Shown: positions 47,065 through 58,406 of the stretch, piece after piece
How positions within the stretch are numbered: the stretch's first letter is position 1
How the letters are laid out: each line of letters starts with the position of its first letter
Assembly: GCA_963821525.1 (NCBI GenBank)
Contig: CAWGED010000008.1
Span: 64,001-128,000, forward strand
Length of the DNA stretch: 64,000 bases
Source of the DNA: an uncultured Gemmatimonadales bacterium
GTDB taxonomy: Bacteria; Gemmatimonadota; Gemmatimonadetes; Gemmatimonadales; GWC2-71-9
Direction of reading: 5' to 3'
Translations under genes and position numbers: made by a program
The notes under the pieces: model-generated
What the model was told of the DNA's origin: nothing
Databases searched by the model: none
Seen by the model: only the letters and a program-made list of their open reading frames with translations

Positions 47065-48135
47065 TCAAGGCCGGTATCGTACGGCGAAAACGCTGTCCCA
47101 GGTCGTTAGCGCTGGCTTAGGCGCGAGAACCGTATCAACCAGGCCCAGGTAGGCGAATGGGATGAGCCCAGTGTTGGTCGGCGGTGGGAACGCGCTGATC
47201 GCGAGATCGGTGAAGGTAATCTGCAGAACGCCGGCGGCACCCGCCTTATCCAGCAGCTCCGCTTGTCGCGCGATGTAGCGCGCCTGCTCGCCTGGAGAAC
47301 TCGTGATCTGCGCCGAAACATTTCGTGATGGCCACCCACCTTCCAGAACAACCTCGGAAAGTTGATTTCCAGTTACCAGGCGGCTGTAGTAATCGTCGGG
47401 GACATCGTCCGGGTCGGCATAGCCGCCAAGGTAGGGATACGAAGAGAGACCGAGCGCATCGAGGAAGGGGAAGTCGGTTCGATCCTGCGCAATGCCAACG
47501 TACGGTCCTCCCTGCAGCTTCCCCCAGGCGACTTCTACCTGGACACTGATCATCAGCCTGGCCGTCGTGGCCTCGGCTCGCCGCTCGGCGGCTGCGTCAT
47601 TCGTCATGGTCACAACGGCGGAATAAAGCGACGCCGGCGCGATCGCCCGAACCAGATTGGTCTCCGCCGCCAGGCTCAGGTATTCCGGCCGGAGAATCGT
47701 GTCCACCGCCGCGACGTACTCGCGGTAGACCTGCTGGATTGCGGGATCGGTAATGCTCTTTCCCAACGCCACCAGCTCCGGATCTTCGGCCGAACGATCG
47801 AGACCGTTGGTAACGTCGAGCGCCACGACGATTACCCGCCCGCCGCCCCGGTAATACTGCACCAGAGGCAGGCGAACCGTCCGTACTTCATCGGGCGCCG
47901 AAGTACCGCCAAGTAGCGTGTTCCAGGGAATCGAGAGCTGGATCAAACCGGCGTCGGCATGCGCCGAGGACATTTGCAAGGTGGGGAGCTGCAGCGCAGG
48001 ATCGTTGCTGGGGGGGATGGCGGAGAAGCCCATGAAGAAAGAGCGGGCCTTCTGGTCAGGTTCGTCCTTGTTGCAGGAAGCGACCAAGGCCAGAAGGGCA
48101 ATTAGGAAGGGAAGCGCAAGGGTTCTCTGCCGCAA
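47065..48135 (-). CDS. Lipoprotein, glycoside-hydrolase-like TIM barrel (clan GH-A-like)
   Basis: Lipobox LVASC; YLSLAAETN (acid/base-like position); DALGLSSYPY; VVLEGGWPS (nucleophile-like position); C-terminal GLVDT..PKPAL. Confidence 0.7.
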   Translation of the reverse strand: MRQRTLALPFLIALLALVASCNKDEPDQKARSFFMGFSAIPPSNDPALQLPTLQMSSAHADAGLIQLSIPWNTLLGGTSAPDEVRTVRLPLVQYYRGGGRVIVVALDVTNGLDRSAEDPELVALGKSITDPAIQQVYREYVAAVDTILRPEYLSLAAETNLVRAIAPASLYSAVVTMTNDAAAERRAEATTARLMISVQVEVAWGKLQGGPYVGIAQDRTDFPFLDALGLSSYPYLGGYADPDDVPDDYYSRLVTGNQLSEVVLEGGWPSRNVSAQITSSPGEQARYIARQAELLDKAGAAGVLQITFTDLAISAFPPPTNTGLIPFAYLGLVDTVLAPKPALTTWDSVFAVRYRP

Positions 48136-48841
48136 TCACGTCCCTTTGTTGAGGACGGTTTCGAGCGTCGGCCAGACGTTGCTCGCGATGATGCGATGCC
48201 CCGCCGGCGTCGGATGGACCCCATCTTCCTGATTGAGCGAGTCCACCCCGGCGACGCCTGCCAGCAGAAATGGTACCAGCGGAATGTGATTGGCCCGCGC
48301 CACGGCGGGATAGACGTCGTGAAACGCCTTGGTGTACTGGGCGCCGAGATTGGGGAGCGCTTCCATGCCGAGCAGAATGATACGGGTATCAGGAGCTTGT
48401 TCGTGGACCCGGTTGATGATCGCCTGAATATTGGCTTTCAGCGAGTCGAGGTCTTGACCCCGCAGCCCATCGTTCGCCCCGGTCTCGATCAGCAGGACGG
48501 CGGGCTTTTCCCGCATGACCCAGTCGATCCGGTGCAGCGCTCCCGCCGAGCTTTCTCCACTGACCCCGGCATTGACTACGCGATAGTGCAAGCCCAGGGA
48601 ATCGATTTTCTGCTGAATCAAGGCGGGATAGGCCTGATCCAGCTCCACGCCGCGTCCGGCGGTCAGGCTGGTCCCGAGGAAGAGGATGACGGGTAGGTCG
48701 GACGGGGCGGACGAGGCGGGCGACGAATCGTTTGCGGCACGTTGCGAGTTCGAGGGCACGATCCGAGCCACCGCAACCAGCTAGCGGGAGCACGGCCAAC
48801 GCGAGAAGCCATGAAAGCCGGATGCTTCTAGATTTGAGCAT
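48136..48841 (-). CDS. tesA: SGNH arylesterase/acyl-CoA thioesterase, TesA-like lipoprotein (frameshift near 48757)
   Basis: FLGTSLTAG, NAGVSGE, GANDGLRG, DGVHP. Signal and lipobox LAGC are in the upstream frame from ATG 48841. Divergent from ybbA, as in the conserved tesA-ybbAP locus. Confidence 0.88.
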
Positions 48842-48842
48842 C

Positions 48843-48912
48843 GAGTTCTGAGTTCCGAGTTTCTGTTGCGGTATCCTGTTCCCTGTTTCCCATTCCCCGT
48901 TCCCGCGTTCTC
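48843..48912. repeat. Heptamer arrays (GAGTTCY; TCCCGTT-like) filling the tesA/ybbA divergent gap
   Basis: cgagttc tgagttc cgagttt ... tcctgtt ccctgtt tcccatt ccccgtt cccgcgt. Confidence 0.75.
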
Positions 48913-48914
48913 GA

Positions 48915-49598
48915 ATGATTCGAGCCGAATCGCTGACCAAGAGTTTCCTCTCGGGCGGTCGCCCGCTCGTGGTAGTAAAGGATATCAGCTTCCAGATCGA
49001 GCCGAAGGCATTTGTTGCCATCGTCGGACCTTCTGGCAGCGGGAAGACGACGCTCCTGGGTCTCCTCGCGGGACTCGACCGTCCGACCGGGGGTCGCGTA
49101 GTTCTGGATGGTCAGGATCTCAACACCCTGGACGAAGATGGACGGGCTCGTTTCCGGAGCGAGCGGGTGGGATTCGTGTTCCAGTCTTTCCATCTGATTC
49201 CGACCCTCACCGCCCAGGAAAACGTCCAGGTCCCGCTGGAATTGCGGGGGGAAGACGCTGAGCAACGGGCGGCAGAGCTTCTACAACGGGTCGGACTCGG
49301 GGGACGGGAACACCATTACCCCTCTCAACTCTCGGGCGGCGAGCAACAGCGAGTGGCGTTGGCCCGGGCCTTCAGCATTCGTCCCCGGATCCTGTTCGCC
49401 GACGAACCCACCGGCAATCTCGACGCAGCCACGGGAGCCCGGGTCATCTCGATCATGACCGAGCTCAACGAGGAGATCGGCACCACGATGGTTCTGGTCA
49501 CCCATGACGCGGACCTCGCGGCCAAGGCCCATCGGGTGATCCGCCTGGCGGATGGAGCGGTGGTGCACGATTCGGGGAACGGAATGCAGGCAGTATGA
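48915..49598 (+). CDS. ybbA: ABC transporter ATP-binding protein (YbbA-like)
   Basis: GPSGSGKTT, VGFVFQSFHLIPTLTAQENV, LSGGEQQRVALARAF, FADEPTGNLD. Confidence 0.92.
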   Translation: MIRAESLTKSFLSGGRPLVVVKDISFQIEPKAFVAIVGPSGSGKTTLLGLLAGLDRPTGGRVVLDGQDLNTLDEDGRARFRSERVGFVFQSFHLIPTLTAQENVQVPLELRGEDAEQRAAELLQRVGLGGREHHYPSQLSGGEQQRVALARAFSIRPRILFADEPTGNLDAATGARVISIMTELNEEIGTTMVLVTHDADLAAKAHRVIRLADGAVVHDSGNGMQAV

Positions 49599-52172
49599 CC
49601 ACCCTGAAGTTCGTTCTCAACATGGCCCGGCGAGAGGGACGGGCCGGCGGCCGACGCCTGCTTCTTCTGACCGCGGCAATCTCGGCGGGGGTGGCGGCAC
49701 TCGTAGCGATCGAATCGTTCAGCGAAAACCTTCGAACCGGTATCGCGGAGCAGTCACGGGCCCTGCTCGGCGCCGATGCCCGCATCGCCTCCCGCACTAC
49801 ACCCTCTCAGACAACCACCGAAACGGTGGATTCGATCGCCAGGCAGGGAGGAGCCGGGACGGGTGACGTGGCGAGCGTCACCGGCTTCGCCGGGATGGCC
49901 TACCTCAAGCGCAGCGGCGCGACCCGCATGGTGCGGGTGACGGCCATAGCCGGCGAGTACCCGCTCTACGGCACGGTGCGCACGACTCCGGCCGATCGAT
50001 GGAAGAGCCTCACTACCGATGGGAAGATCGCGCTGGTTGATCCGTCGTTTCTGACCGGGCTTCAAGCCTCGATCGGCGACACCCTCTCGCTGGGGGAAGC
50101 CTGGTTCGTCGTCGCCGGAACGGTGGACAACTTCCCGGGAGACGTCGGCATCGAGAGCGCGTTCGGCCCCCGGGTGTTCATCCCGTCGCGATATCTGGCG
50201 GAGACATCCCTTCTCAGCTTTGGCGCGCGGGCGGAGTACGAGTGGTACTTGAGGTTCCCGGATTCCACGAAGGTCGAGGCCCTCGCCAAGACCTGGCGCA
50301 CCCGGGTCAACCAGCGTCAGCTCTCGCTGCGAACCGCGAGCGACAACGAGGAGAATCTCCGCAGCTCGCTCGATCAACTGGGCCGCTACCTGGGTCTGGT
50401 CGCGCTGATCGCGTTGCTGCTGGGAGGGATCGGCGTGGGAAGCGCGGTGCAGGTCTTCCTGGGCCAGAAGCGGGAGAGCATCGCCGTCCTTCGCTGTCTG
50501 GGAGCGACATCGCGGCAGTTGTTCGCCGTGTACTTGCTCCAGGCGATGATCATGGGTCTGATCGGCAGTGCCGTGGGAGTGGGCCTCGGATTGCTGCTGC
50601 AGCTGGTGCTGCCCCACGTCTTCGGCGAGTTCCTGCCTCTTACGGTTCAGATAAGGCCTTCGCCAAGGGCAGTTCTCACCGGACTGCTGATCGGAGTGTG
50701 GATCTCGACCATCTTTGCGCTGTTGCCTCTGCTCCGGGTGCGCTCGGTTCCACCACTCGAGGTTCTGAGGCGCCCGTACGAGACTGGCCGGCGGGAACGC
50801 GCCGAGTTGTGGACCTGGGTCGCGCGGATCACCCTGGTAGTCAGCACGGTGCTCCTCACGATCTACCAGGTTGGGGAGGTCAGAAAGGGACTCTTCTTCG
50901 CCGGCGCGATCGGCTTCGCGCTGCTCGTCCTGTGGCTTGCAGCGCTGGGGCTCATCCGTGGCGTCCGGCGTTGGTTCCCGCGCAGGCTGCCCTACGTGTG
51001 GCGACAGGGGCTCGCCAATCTCTACCGCCCCGCAAACCAGACCGTGGCCGTCGTCCTGGCACTCGGCTTCGGCGCGTTCCTGCTCGGCGCGCTTGCGCTG
51101 GTGCAGCACAACCTGCTCCGGCAGCTCAACCTCGATGCCGGTCCCGGCAAGCCCAATCTGGTCTTCTTCGACATCCAGCCCGACCAGCGCGAGGGATTGG
51201 CTGATCTGCTCAAGCAGCAAGGACACCCGGCGAGTGCGCCGGTGCCGATCGTTCCGATGCGAATCCGTTCGATCAACGGCCGTCCCGTCGGGGAAATTCT
51301 GGCCGACAGCGCACCCAAGAATCGCGAAGGTGAGCCTATCGAGCGGTGGGCACTCCGCCGGGAGTTCCGTTCGACCTATCGCGATTCGATCGTCCATTCG
51401 GAGAAGGTCGTCGTGGGACTCTGGTGGAACCCGGGGAGCCAGAAAGGACCGGTCTTTCCCATCTCATTGGAGACCGGTGTCGCCAGCGATCTCGGAGTCA
51501 CGGTGCGGGACACGATCGTGTGGGACGTGCAAGGGAGTGAGCATCACGACCAGGATCGCCAACCTGCGGGAAGTAAATTGGGCCCGCTTCGAGCCGAATT
51601 TCTTCGTGGTATTCCCTACCGGCGCTCTCGAAGCGGCACCGCAGAGCTACGTCGTTCTCACCCGGGCATCCACTTCGCTCGAATTAGGGGAGATCCAGCG
51701 GCAAGTAGTGCAACGCTTCTCGAACATCACCTCGATCGACCTGACGACGATTCAGTCGGCGGTCGAGCGGATCGTCTCCAGCGTGGTGCTCGCGGTGCGT
51801 TTCATGGCGCTCTTCAGCCTGGCGACAGGGACCATCGTGCTCATTGGCGCACTCGCGACCAGCCGGTTCCAGCGGGTGAGGGAAGCGGTGCTCCTCAAGA
51901 CCCTCGGCGCCGTTCGCCGCCAGGTCCTTCGAATCATGCTGGCCGAGTATGCCGCCCTCGGCGTGCTCTCGGCTTTCGTGGCGATGGCCCTGGCCTCCGC
52001 CGCAGGGTGGGCCCTCACCAAATACGTCTTCGAGGTTCCCTTCTCCGTTCCCTGGGGCGGCTATCTCGCCCTGGCCCTCGGCATGATCGCGCTGACGCTG
52101 ATTACGGGGATCTGGAACAGCGTCGAGGTGTTTCGGAGGACGCCGCTGGAGGTACTGGGGGATCAGGAGTGA
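49595..52172 (+). CDS. ybbP: FtsX-like ABC permease (YbbP-like; frameshift near 51534)
   Basis: ALLGAD, YPLYG, IAVLRCLGAT, PNLVFFDIQPDQ; continues in ORF 50871..52172 (REVNWARFEPNFFVVF, REAVLLKTLGA). Confidence 0.9.
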
Positions 52173-52183
52173 AGGGGGAAGTT

Positions 52184-52272
52184 AAGATTGAAGATTGCAG
52201 ATTGCAGATTGAAGATTGGGCTTGAGCCTAGGCCTTCTCAATCGTCAATCGGCAATCTGCAATCTGCAATCG
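52184..52272. repeat. Palindromic heptamer element (MAGATTG x5 / CAATCTG-like x5)
   Basis: aagattg aagattg cagattg cagattg aagattg ... caatcgt caatcgg caatctg caatctg caatcg. Confidence 0.92.
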
Positions 52273-52322
52273 CTTCTAGTGTAGACTTCTGCTGCCCCAC
52301 CCCCTACAACCCGAGGATCAGC

Positions 52323-55300
52323 ATGCTGGTCGTACTGACCCTGCTCTTCATTCTGTCCGGCGCGGCCGGCCTGTTCTACGAATCGGTCTGGTCGCGCTAT
52401 CTCGGTCTCTTCGTCGGCCACAATGCATACGCCCAGGTGATCGTCCTCGTGATCTTCCTGGGCGGAATGGCGCTGGGAGCCATGCTGGTGGGCCGCTGGA
52501 CCGAGCGACTGAAGTCGCCGCTCTTCGGGTACGCCATCGTCGAGGGGCTGATCGGGACGGTCGGCCTCGTTTTTCATGATCTCTACATCGCCGTCACCAA
52601 CTGGGCTTACCAGTCGGTGTTTCCCCACACCGCGGGGTCGGTCTCGCTCACCATCGCCAAGTGGGCGATCGCCTCGGCCCTGATCCTGCCCCAGTCCGTT
52701 CTGCTGGGCATGACTTTCCCGCTCATGACGGCCGGTGCGCTGCGGTGGATCGCCGACCGGCCGGGACGGACCCTCAGCATTCTGTATTTCGCAAACAGCT
52801 TCGGCGCTGCGGTGGGTGTGCTGGTCGCGGGATTCTACCTGGTGGAAGTTGCGGGACTGCCGGGAACCATCCTCGCTGCATCGATCCTGAACTTTGTGGT
52901 GGCGATCGGCGCCATCGTCGCAACCCGGGCCCATCGGGTGAGGACAGCAGAGGGAGAAGTCGACCGATCGCCCTCCAATCACGGCAACCGAGGCCAACAG
53001 TTCAGGGGTAATCCAGCCGGAACACGCCGCGAATCCTCTCCCGCCTTCTGCTGTGGACGGCCTTCGGCACCGCGATCGCGTCGTTCATCTATGAGATCGC
53101 CTGGATCCGGATGCTGTCGCTGGTGATGAGCAGTGCGACTCACGCCTTCGAGCTCATGCTGTCGGCGTTTATTCTCGGTATCGCGATGGGATCGCTCTGG
53201 GTCCGCTCCAAGGCGGACCAGTTCTCCGACCCGCTTCGGGTCCTGGGCGTCACCCAGTGGGCGATGGGCTTTCTCGCCCTGGCGACGCTCCCGGTCTACG
53301 TGATGTCCTTCGGGTGGACCGGGGACCTGCTGCATACCTTCGCGAAGACCGACGCGGGCTACAACGGCTTCACGATTGCCCGCTACGGGATCTGCATGCT
53401 GGTCATGATCCCCGCCACCTTCTGCGCCGGCATCACCCTGCCGCTCATCACCCGCACCCTGGTGCTGGGCGGCCTCGGTGAACGCGCGATCGGGACGGTG
53501 TACGCGGTCAACACCCTGGGATCGATCATCGGAGTGAGCATCGCCGCCCTCGTGCTCATGCCAATGGTTGGGACTCAAGGCACTGCTCTCCCTCGGCGCC
53601 CTGGTGGACATGGCGATCGGCGTCGTCATCCTCTTCGTTGCGGCACGATTGAGCGGGGATGCCGGAGCCCGGCGTTTCGCACTGCTCTCACTCGCAGGGC
53701 TGGGAGTGGTCTTTGCGATTACGGCACTCACTCCGACGCTGGATCGCCGGCTGCTCCTGAGCGGAGTCTATCGCTTTGGCATCGTGCCGCCTCCGGGAAG
53801 CAGAGAGATTCTCTACACTCGCGACGGAAGGACGGCGACGGTTTCCGCCGAGAAGATCACCTCGACCGGCGACATCTTCATCGCTACCAATGGCAAGTCA
53901 GACGGACAAGTCAGCGCCTACTGGTACAACTCCTGCACCGCCGATTCGGCGCGCCATCCGCTCCGAGGCGACATGGCCACGATGGTGCTGGGACCTCTCA
54001 TGACCGCCGCGCATGCGCCGAACGCCGAAGAGGGAGCGGTCATTGGCCAGGGCACCGGGATGTCGAGTCATATCCTGCTGGCAAACCCTCATCTCAAGCA
54101 CCTGGCGACGATCGAGATCGAGCCGGAGATGATCAAGGCGTCCCGGGCATTCCTGCCGGCCAACCGGCGAGTGTTCGAGGATCCCCGCAGCGAATTCATC
54201 ATCGACGATGCCAAGTCCTACTTCGCGGCGGGAGGGAAACAGTACGACTTCATCTTCTCCGAGCCCTCCAATCCCTGGGTGAGCGGAGTATCGGGCCTGT
54301 TTACCGCCGAGTTCTACGACCGGGTCAAGCTGTATCTCAAGCCGAACGGGATCTTCGCTCAGTGGATTCACCTTTACGATCTGAACGATCGGCTGGTGAC
54401 CACCGTGCTCGCGGCGCTGCACCAGAAGTTCGGCGACTATCAGGTCTTCATGCCGGTAGGATCGGACATGATCGTCATCGCGACCAATGGGCCCAAACTG
54501 CCGGCTCCAGACTGGAGCATTTTCCAGTGGCCCGGTATTCAGCAGGATCTTTGTCATCAACTGCCGTTCACTCCCGAGGCGATGGAGGCCACCCGACTCG
54601 GCAGCAGAACCTCGCTGGGTCCCCTGGTAGAGGCGGCGCCGCAGGTCAATTCCGACTTCTTCCCTCACCTCGACAATGGCGCCGAACGCACTCGCTACCT
54701 GGCGACCCGGGCCATCGGGCTCTGGGGATTGTCCAACGAGCGTCAGGACCTGACGGCGCCCTTCGAAGGCCGGCGGATCGGCCCGGTATCCTTTACAACG
54801 GCGCCCGCTCCGGATGTTCCCCGGATGTACAGCCTGGCGCTGGGTGCCGCATTGCGGGATCCGGCCTCCTATGTCACGACCGATACTATTCCCGACGACG
54901 ACCGGAAGGTGACAGCGCTGGCCCGCGAGCGAGCCTGGCTCGCGACCCTGGCCGCGTCCGAACCGCCGGGCAACTGGCGAGTCTGGGTGCAGTGGATGTC
55001 CGATATCGAGCAGGATCGCTACGGCGGTACGACGGGCTACGCCGATCCGGAGTTCTATGGTCAGATCTATCGCTATCTCGATCGTCACAAGGCTCCCTCC
55101 GAGGTCCGTGCGGTCATCGATTTCCGCCACGGAGTGAGCGGGTGGGACTTCGCCCAGGCGGTGAAAGCAGCCGAGCCGCTCGAGGCCGCGGCGCTCGATC
55201 GCAAGAGCTGGCTCCCCCCGGACGAGCTGCGCGATGGTCTGGTCATAGCGCGACTGATGACGGGAGACGCCGTCGGCGCGAGGCGCGCGTTCGAGTCACT

Positions 55301-55400
55301 GGCTCCTTTCAGCCGGCGGCCGCCCGGAGATTTCCGCTCGGCGCTGCTGGCGGCGTACGTGGAGGCGAAGAGTGGTGAGGGAGGCACAGGGAGTCAGTGA
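52323..55400 (+). CDS. Membrane-fused spermidine-synthase-like protein (frameshifts about 53000 and 53570)
   Basis: LFILSGAAGLFYESVWSRYL, LLGMTFP, LYFANSFGA repeated as IYEIAWIRML and VYAVNTLG; SAM domain VIGQGTGMS, IEIEPEM, IDDAK, YDFIFSEPSNPWVSGVSGLFTAEFY. Confidence 0.9.
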
Positions 55401-55435
55401 CGAGGATGAGGACTGAGGACTGAGTCACGATTGAG
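55399..55435. repeat. Short heptamer array (GGACTGA), single arm
   Basis: gacgag gatgag gactgag gactgag; same unit as the 41044 element. Confidence 0.65.
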
Positions 55436-55461
55436 ACCTGGCTTCAACCGATGGTACGACC

Positions 55462-56361
55462 ATGCTGAAGATTGATCTCACGGGGAAACGAGCCTTCGTC
55501 GCGGGGGTCGCGGACGACGGCGGGTTCGGCTTTGCGATCGCCAAGGCCATGGCGGAGGCTGGGGCGACGATTTGCCTGGGCACCTGGCCGCCGGCGATGG
55601 GGATTTTCCAGAATCTGCTCGAGCGAGGGAAGATGGAAGAGTCGCTCAAGCTCGAAGGAGGCGGGAAGCTCGAATTCGAGCGGATCTATCCCCTCGATGC
55701 AGCCTACGACACGCTGGCCGATGCGCCGGCGGAGATCCGAGAGAACAAGCGCTACAAGGAACGGGGCGATTTCAGCATCCAGGGCACCGCCGACGCGCTG
55801 GTGAAGGACTTCGGCCCAACGCCGATCGACATCCTGGTGCACAGTCTGGCCAACGGCCCCGAAGTAAAGAAGCCGCTCATCGAGACGAGCCGAGCCGGCT
55901 ACCTCACCGCGGTGAGTGTCAGCGCGTACAGCATGGTCTCCATGGTGCGGACCTTTGCACCGCTCATGAAGCCCGGGGGATCGTTCCTGTCGCTGACCTA
56001 CATGGCGGGTGAGCGAGTCATTCCGGGCTATGGCGGCGGGATGTCCTCGGCCAAAGCAGCGCTCGAGGCTGACACGCGGACCCTGGCCTATGAAGCCGGT
56101 CGCCGCCACGGTGTCCGCATCAACGCTATCTCCGCGGGCCCCTGGGCATCGCGAGCAGCAAGCGCCATCGGATTCATCGATATGATGATCGACTACTGCA
56201 AGACCAACTCGCCGCTGCCGCGGGAACTCGATGCGAAGGAAGTCGGCGCCACCGCCGCCTTCCTGGCCAGCCCGCTCGCTGGGGCGATCACCGGAACCGT
56301 GGTGTACGTGGACAACGGTTATCACGCGATGGGGATGGCGGTGGGGCAGGAGGCGAAATAG
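55462..56361 (+). CDS. fabI: Enoyl-ACP reductase (long, plant/chlamydial-type)
   Basis: IDLTGKRAFVAGVADDGGFGFAIAK, LVHSLANGPEVKKPLIETSRAGYL, LTY..GERVIPGYGGGMSSAKAALE, NAISAGP. Confidence 0.95.
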   Translation: MLKIDLTGKRAFVAGVADDGGFGFAIAKAMAEAGATICLGTWPPAMGIFQNLLERGKMEESLKLEGGGKLEFERIYPLDAAYDTLADAPAEIRENKRYKERGDFSIQGTADALVKDFGPTPIDILVHSLANGPEVKKPLIETSRAGYLTAVSVSAYSMVSMVRTFAPLMKPGGSFLSLTYMAGERVIPGYGGGMSSAKAALEADTRTLAYEAGRRHGVRINAISAGPWASRAASAIGFIDMMIDYCKTNSPLPRELDAKEVGATAAFLASPLAGAITGTVVYVDNGYHAMGMAVGQEAK

Positions 56362-56387
56362 GGGAAGGGCTCCGAGAGACCCTGCAA

Positions 56388-56536
56388 CAGCTTACCGCGG
56401 AAGACGCGGAACACGCGGAAGCACGCGGACAGATGTTGTAATAAGTGTCGTGGAATTGAGCACAAAGCGGAACAACCACCTTCTCAGTACACTTTCCGCG
56501 TTGTTCCGCGTTTTCCGCGTGCTCAGCGGTATGCTG
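56388..56536. repeat. Palindromic nonamer-array element, left copy
   Basis: CAGCTTACCGCGGAAG ACGCGGAAC ACGCGGAAGC ACGCGGAC ...63 bp... TTCCGCGTTG TTCCGCGTT TTCCGCGTG CTCAGCGGTATGCTG; imperfect ~43-bp inverted repeat. Confidence 0.92.
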
Positions 56537-56604
56537 TTATCTGTCAGTCCGCTAGACGCTGGTACAATTGATGATTGTTTGATCGGTGCGTCCTAGCGTG
56601 CGGG

Positions 56605-56986
56605 ATGACTCCGCCCCGCATAGAACTGAGGTATGCCCCGACTACCAAGCGCCTGATCGGCTTGTTCTTCGACGTCTATCACGAGCTCGGGCACGGCTTT
56701 CTCGAGTCGGTATACGAAGAGGCGTTTGCGGTCGCACTGGAGGAATCGGGCCTCAAGTTCGAACGCCAGAAGCCACTGACGGTATGGTTCCGGGGACGAC
56801 TCGTGGGGACCTTCCGAGCCGATGCGGTCGTCGAAGACGCGGTCCTGGTGGAACTCAAGGCGGCCCGCGCACTCGGGACCGCCCCATGAAGCCCAACTTC
56901 TCAACTATCTCAAGGCAACTAATCTCACGGTCGGACTGATCTTCAATTTTGGACCTCGACCGAAGTTCCTGCAGGCGAGTAGTTGA
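56605..56986 (+). CDS. GxxExxY protein (PD-(D/E)XK nuclease-like fold); frameshift near 56884, possibly a second near 56968
   Basis: VYHELGHGFLESVYEEA (GxxExxY), FRADAVVEDAVLVELKA. After removing one C: HEAQLLNYLKATNLTVGLIFNFGP. Confidence 0.92.
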
Positions 56987-57004
56987 GGATAGACGAGAAA
57001 AACA

Positions 57005-57167
57005 TTACCACGGAACACGCGGATAACGCGGAAGCACGCGGAGGAATGTTGTATTGGTTGTCGTCGGATGATCACAAAGAGGAACCAACGACCGCCTTAA
57101 GAACCATTCTCCGCATAAAACCATTTCCGCGTTGGTCCGCGTTTTCCGCGTGCTCCGCGGTAAGCAG
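57005..57167. repeat. Palindromic nonamer-array element, right copy
   Basis: TTACCACGGAAC ACGCGGATA ACGCGGAAGC ACGCGGAG ...81 bp... TTCCGCGTTG GTCCGCGTT TTCCGCGTG CTCCGCGGTAAGCAG. The spacer is homologous to the left copy (ATGTTGTA..TGTCGT..CACAAAG.GGAAC). Confidence 0.92.
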
Positions 57168-57197
57168 TTCATGGTAACCAATACCTCAGGAGCCCGA

Positions 57198-57566
57198 GTG
57201 GATCGCCTCTTCGCAACCCTCGGTTCGGTTTCCGCGCTGATCGCCGTCGCGGCAGGGGCCTTCGGCGCTCACGCACTCCGCGCCCGCCTCGCACCGGATC
57301 TTCTCGCCGTGTTCGAGACCGGGGCCCGCTACCAGATGTACCACGCGCTTGGCCTCCTTGGCGTCGCATGGATTGCCTCACGCTCCCCCTCCCCTCTCGC
57401 CGCCTGGGCCGGGTGGCTCTTCGTACTCGGGACCGTGCTCTTCTCCGGCAGTCTCTACGCGCTGGCCCTCTCCGGCATCCGGATCTTCGGCGCCATCACG
57501 CCACTGGGAGGAGTCGCGTTCATGGCGGGGTGGATTTGCCTCGCGCTGGCCGCGCGCCGCATGTAG
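57198..57566 (+). CDS. DUF423 (YgdD/TMEM256) membrane protein
   Basis: AVAAGAFGAHAL, FETGARYQMYHALGL, GTVLFSGSLY, GAITPLGG. Confidence 0.93.
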   Translation: MDRLFATLGSVSALIAVAAGAFGAHALRARLAPDLLAVFETGARYQMYHALGLLGVAWIASRSPSPLAAWAGWLFVLGTVLFSGSLYALALSGIRIFGAITPLGGVAFMAGWICLALAARRM

Positions 57567-57630
57567 GCAACCTAAGCCGCGTCGCCCCTCGCCTGTCGCC
57601 ACTGCCTAGACCCCGAGCCCCGGAGCCGGC

Positions 57631-58309
57631 ATGAGGATCTCCACTGCGACCACCCACATCGAGACCAACTTTCGGCAGAGTCGCCTGCTCCAGTCCCTCA
57701 TGGCCTGGTATCTCGCGGTCTGGGTGATCACAGCTGATCAATCCGCTGGACCGGAAGGACTGGGTGCTGGAGAATGTCCTGGCGGTCACACTGGTGGCTG
57801 CGCTGGTGCTGTCCTACCGCCGATTCCCTCTGTCGGACATCTCGTACCTGCTGATCACGCTGTTCCTCACCCTGCACGCCATCGGGGCCCACTACACGTA
57901 TTCCGAAGTGCCGCTGGGGTACTGGCTCAAGGATTGGGGCCACTTCTCCAGGAATCACTTCGACCGGGTCGTCCACTTCTGCTTCGGACTGTTGATGGCG
58001 TACCCGGTCCGGGAGGTGTTCCTGAGAGTCGCCAGCACGAGGGGATTCTGGGCCTATTACCTGCCGCTCGACGTCACCCTCGCCTTCAGCGCCATCTACG
58101 AGATCATCGAGATGCTGGTGGCCGTCGTAATCGCGCCCAGCGCCGGCGACGCCTACCTCGGCACCCAGGGAGACATCTGGGACGCGCAGAAAGACATGGC
58201 CCTGGCGGGCTGCGGCGCGCTTCTCTGCATGCTGATCACCGCACTGGGCCACAGATTGCGGGGGCGGCAGCCGGTTCTGCTGGCGGGGACGACGTCGGTG
58301 CTTAAATAG
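57631..58309 (+). CDS. DUF2238 (YjdF-like) membrane protein (frameshift near 57735)
   Basis: DWVLEN, LHAIGAHYTYSEVP, RNHFDRVVHF, YEIIE, LGTQGDIWDAQKDM. Confidence 0.9.
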
Positions 58310-58398
58310 GGAGTAGGTTGTAGGGAGTAGGGAGTAGGGCGTGGCGATCAACTCTCGGCCTGACTCCCTACACCCTACTCCCTACACCCTACTCCCTG
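58307..58398. repeat. Palindromic heptamer element (TAGGGAG x5 / CTCCCTA x5)
   Basis: tagggag taggttg tagggag tagggag tagggcg ... ctcccta cacccta ctcccta cacccta ctccctg. Confidence 0.92.
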
Positions 58399-58406
58399 TT
58401 ACCCCC

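Noticed and set aside
49754..51397. Long antisense or alternative-frame ORFs (e.g. 49754..51397, 44358..45779, 32377..33753, 26540..27835, 53111..55378 tail)
   Set aside because: Shadow ORFs of well-supported genes, expected in high-GC DNA; Arg/Pro/Gly-rich with no motifs.
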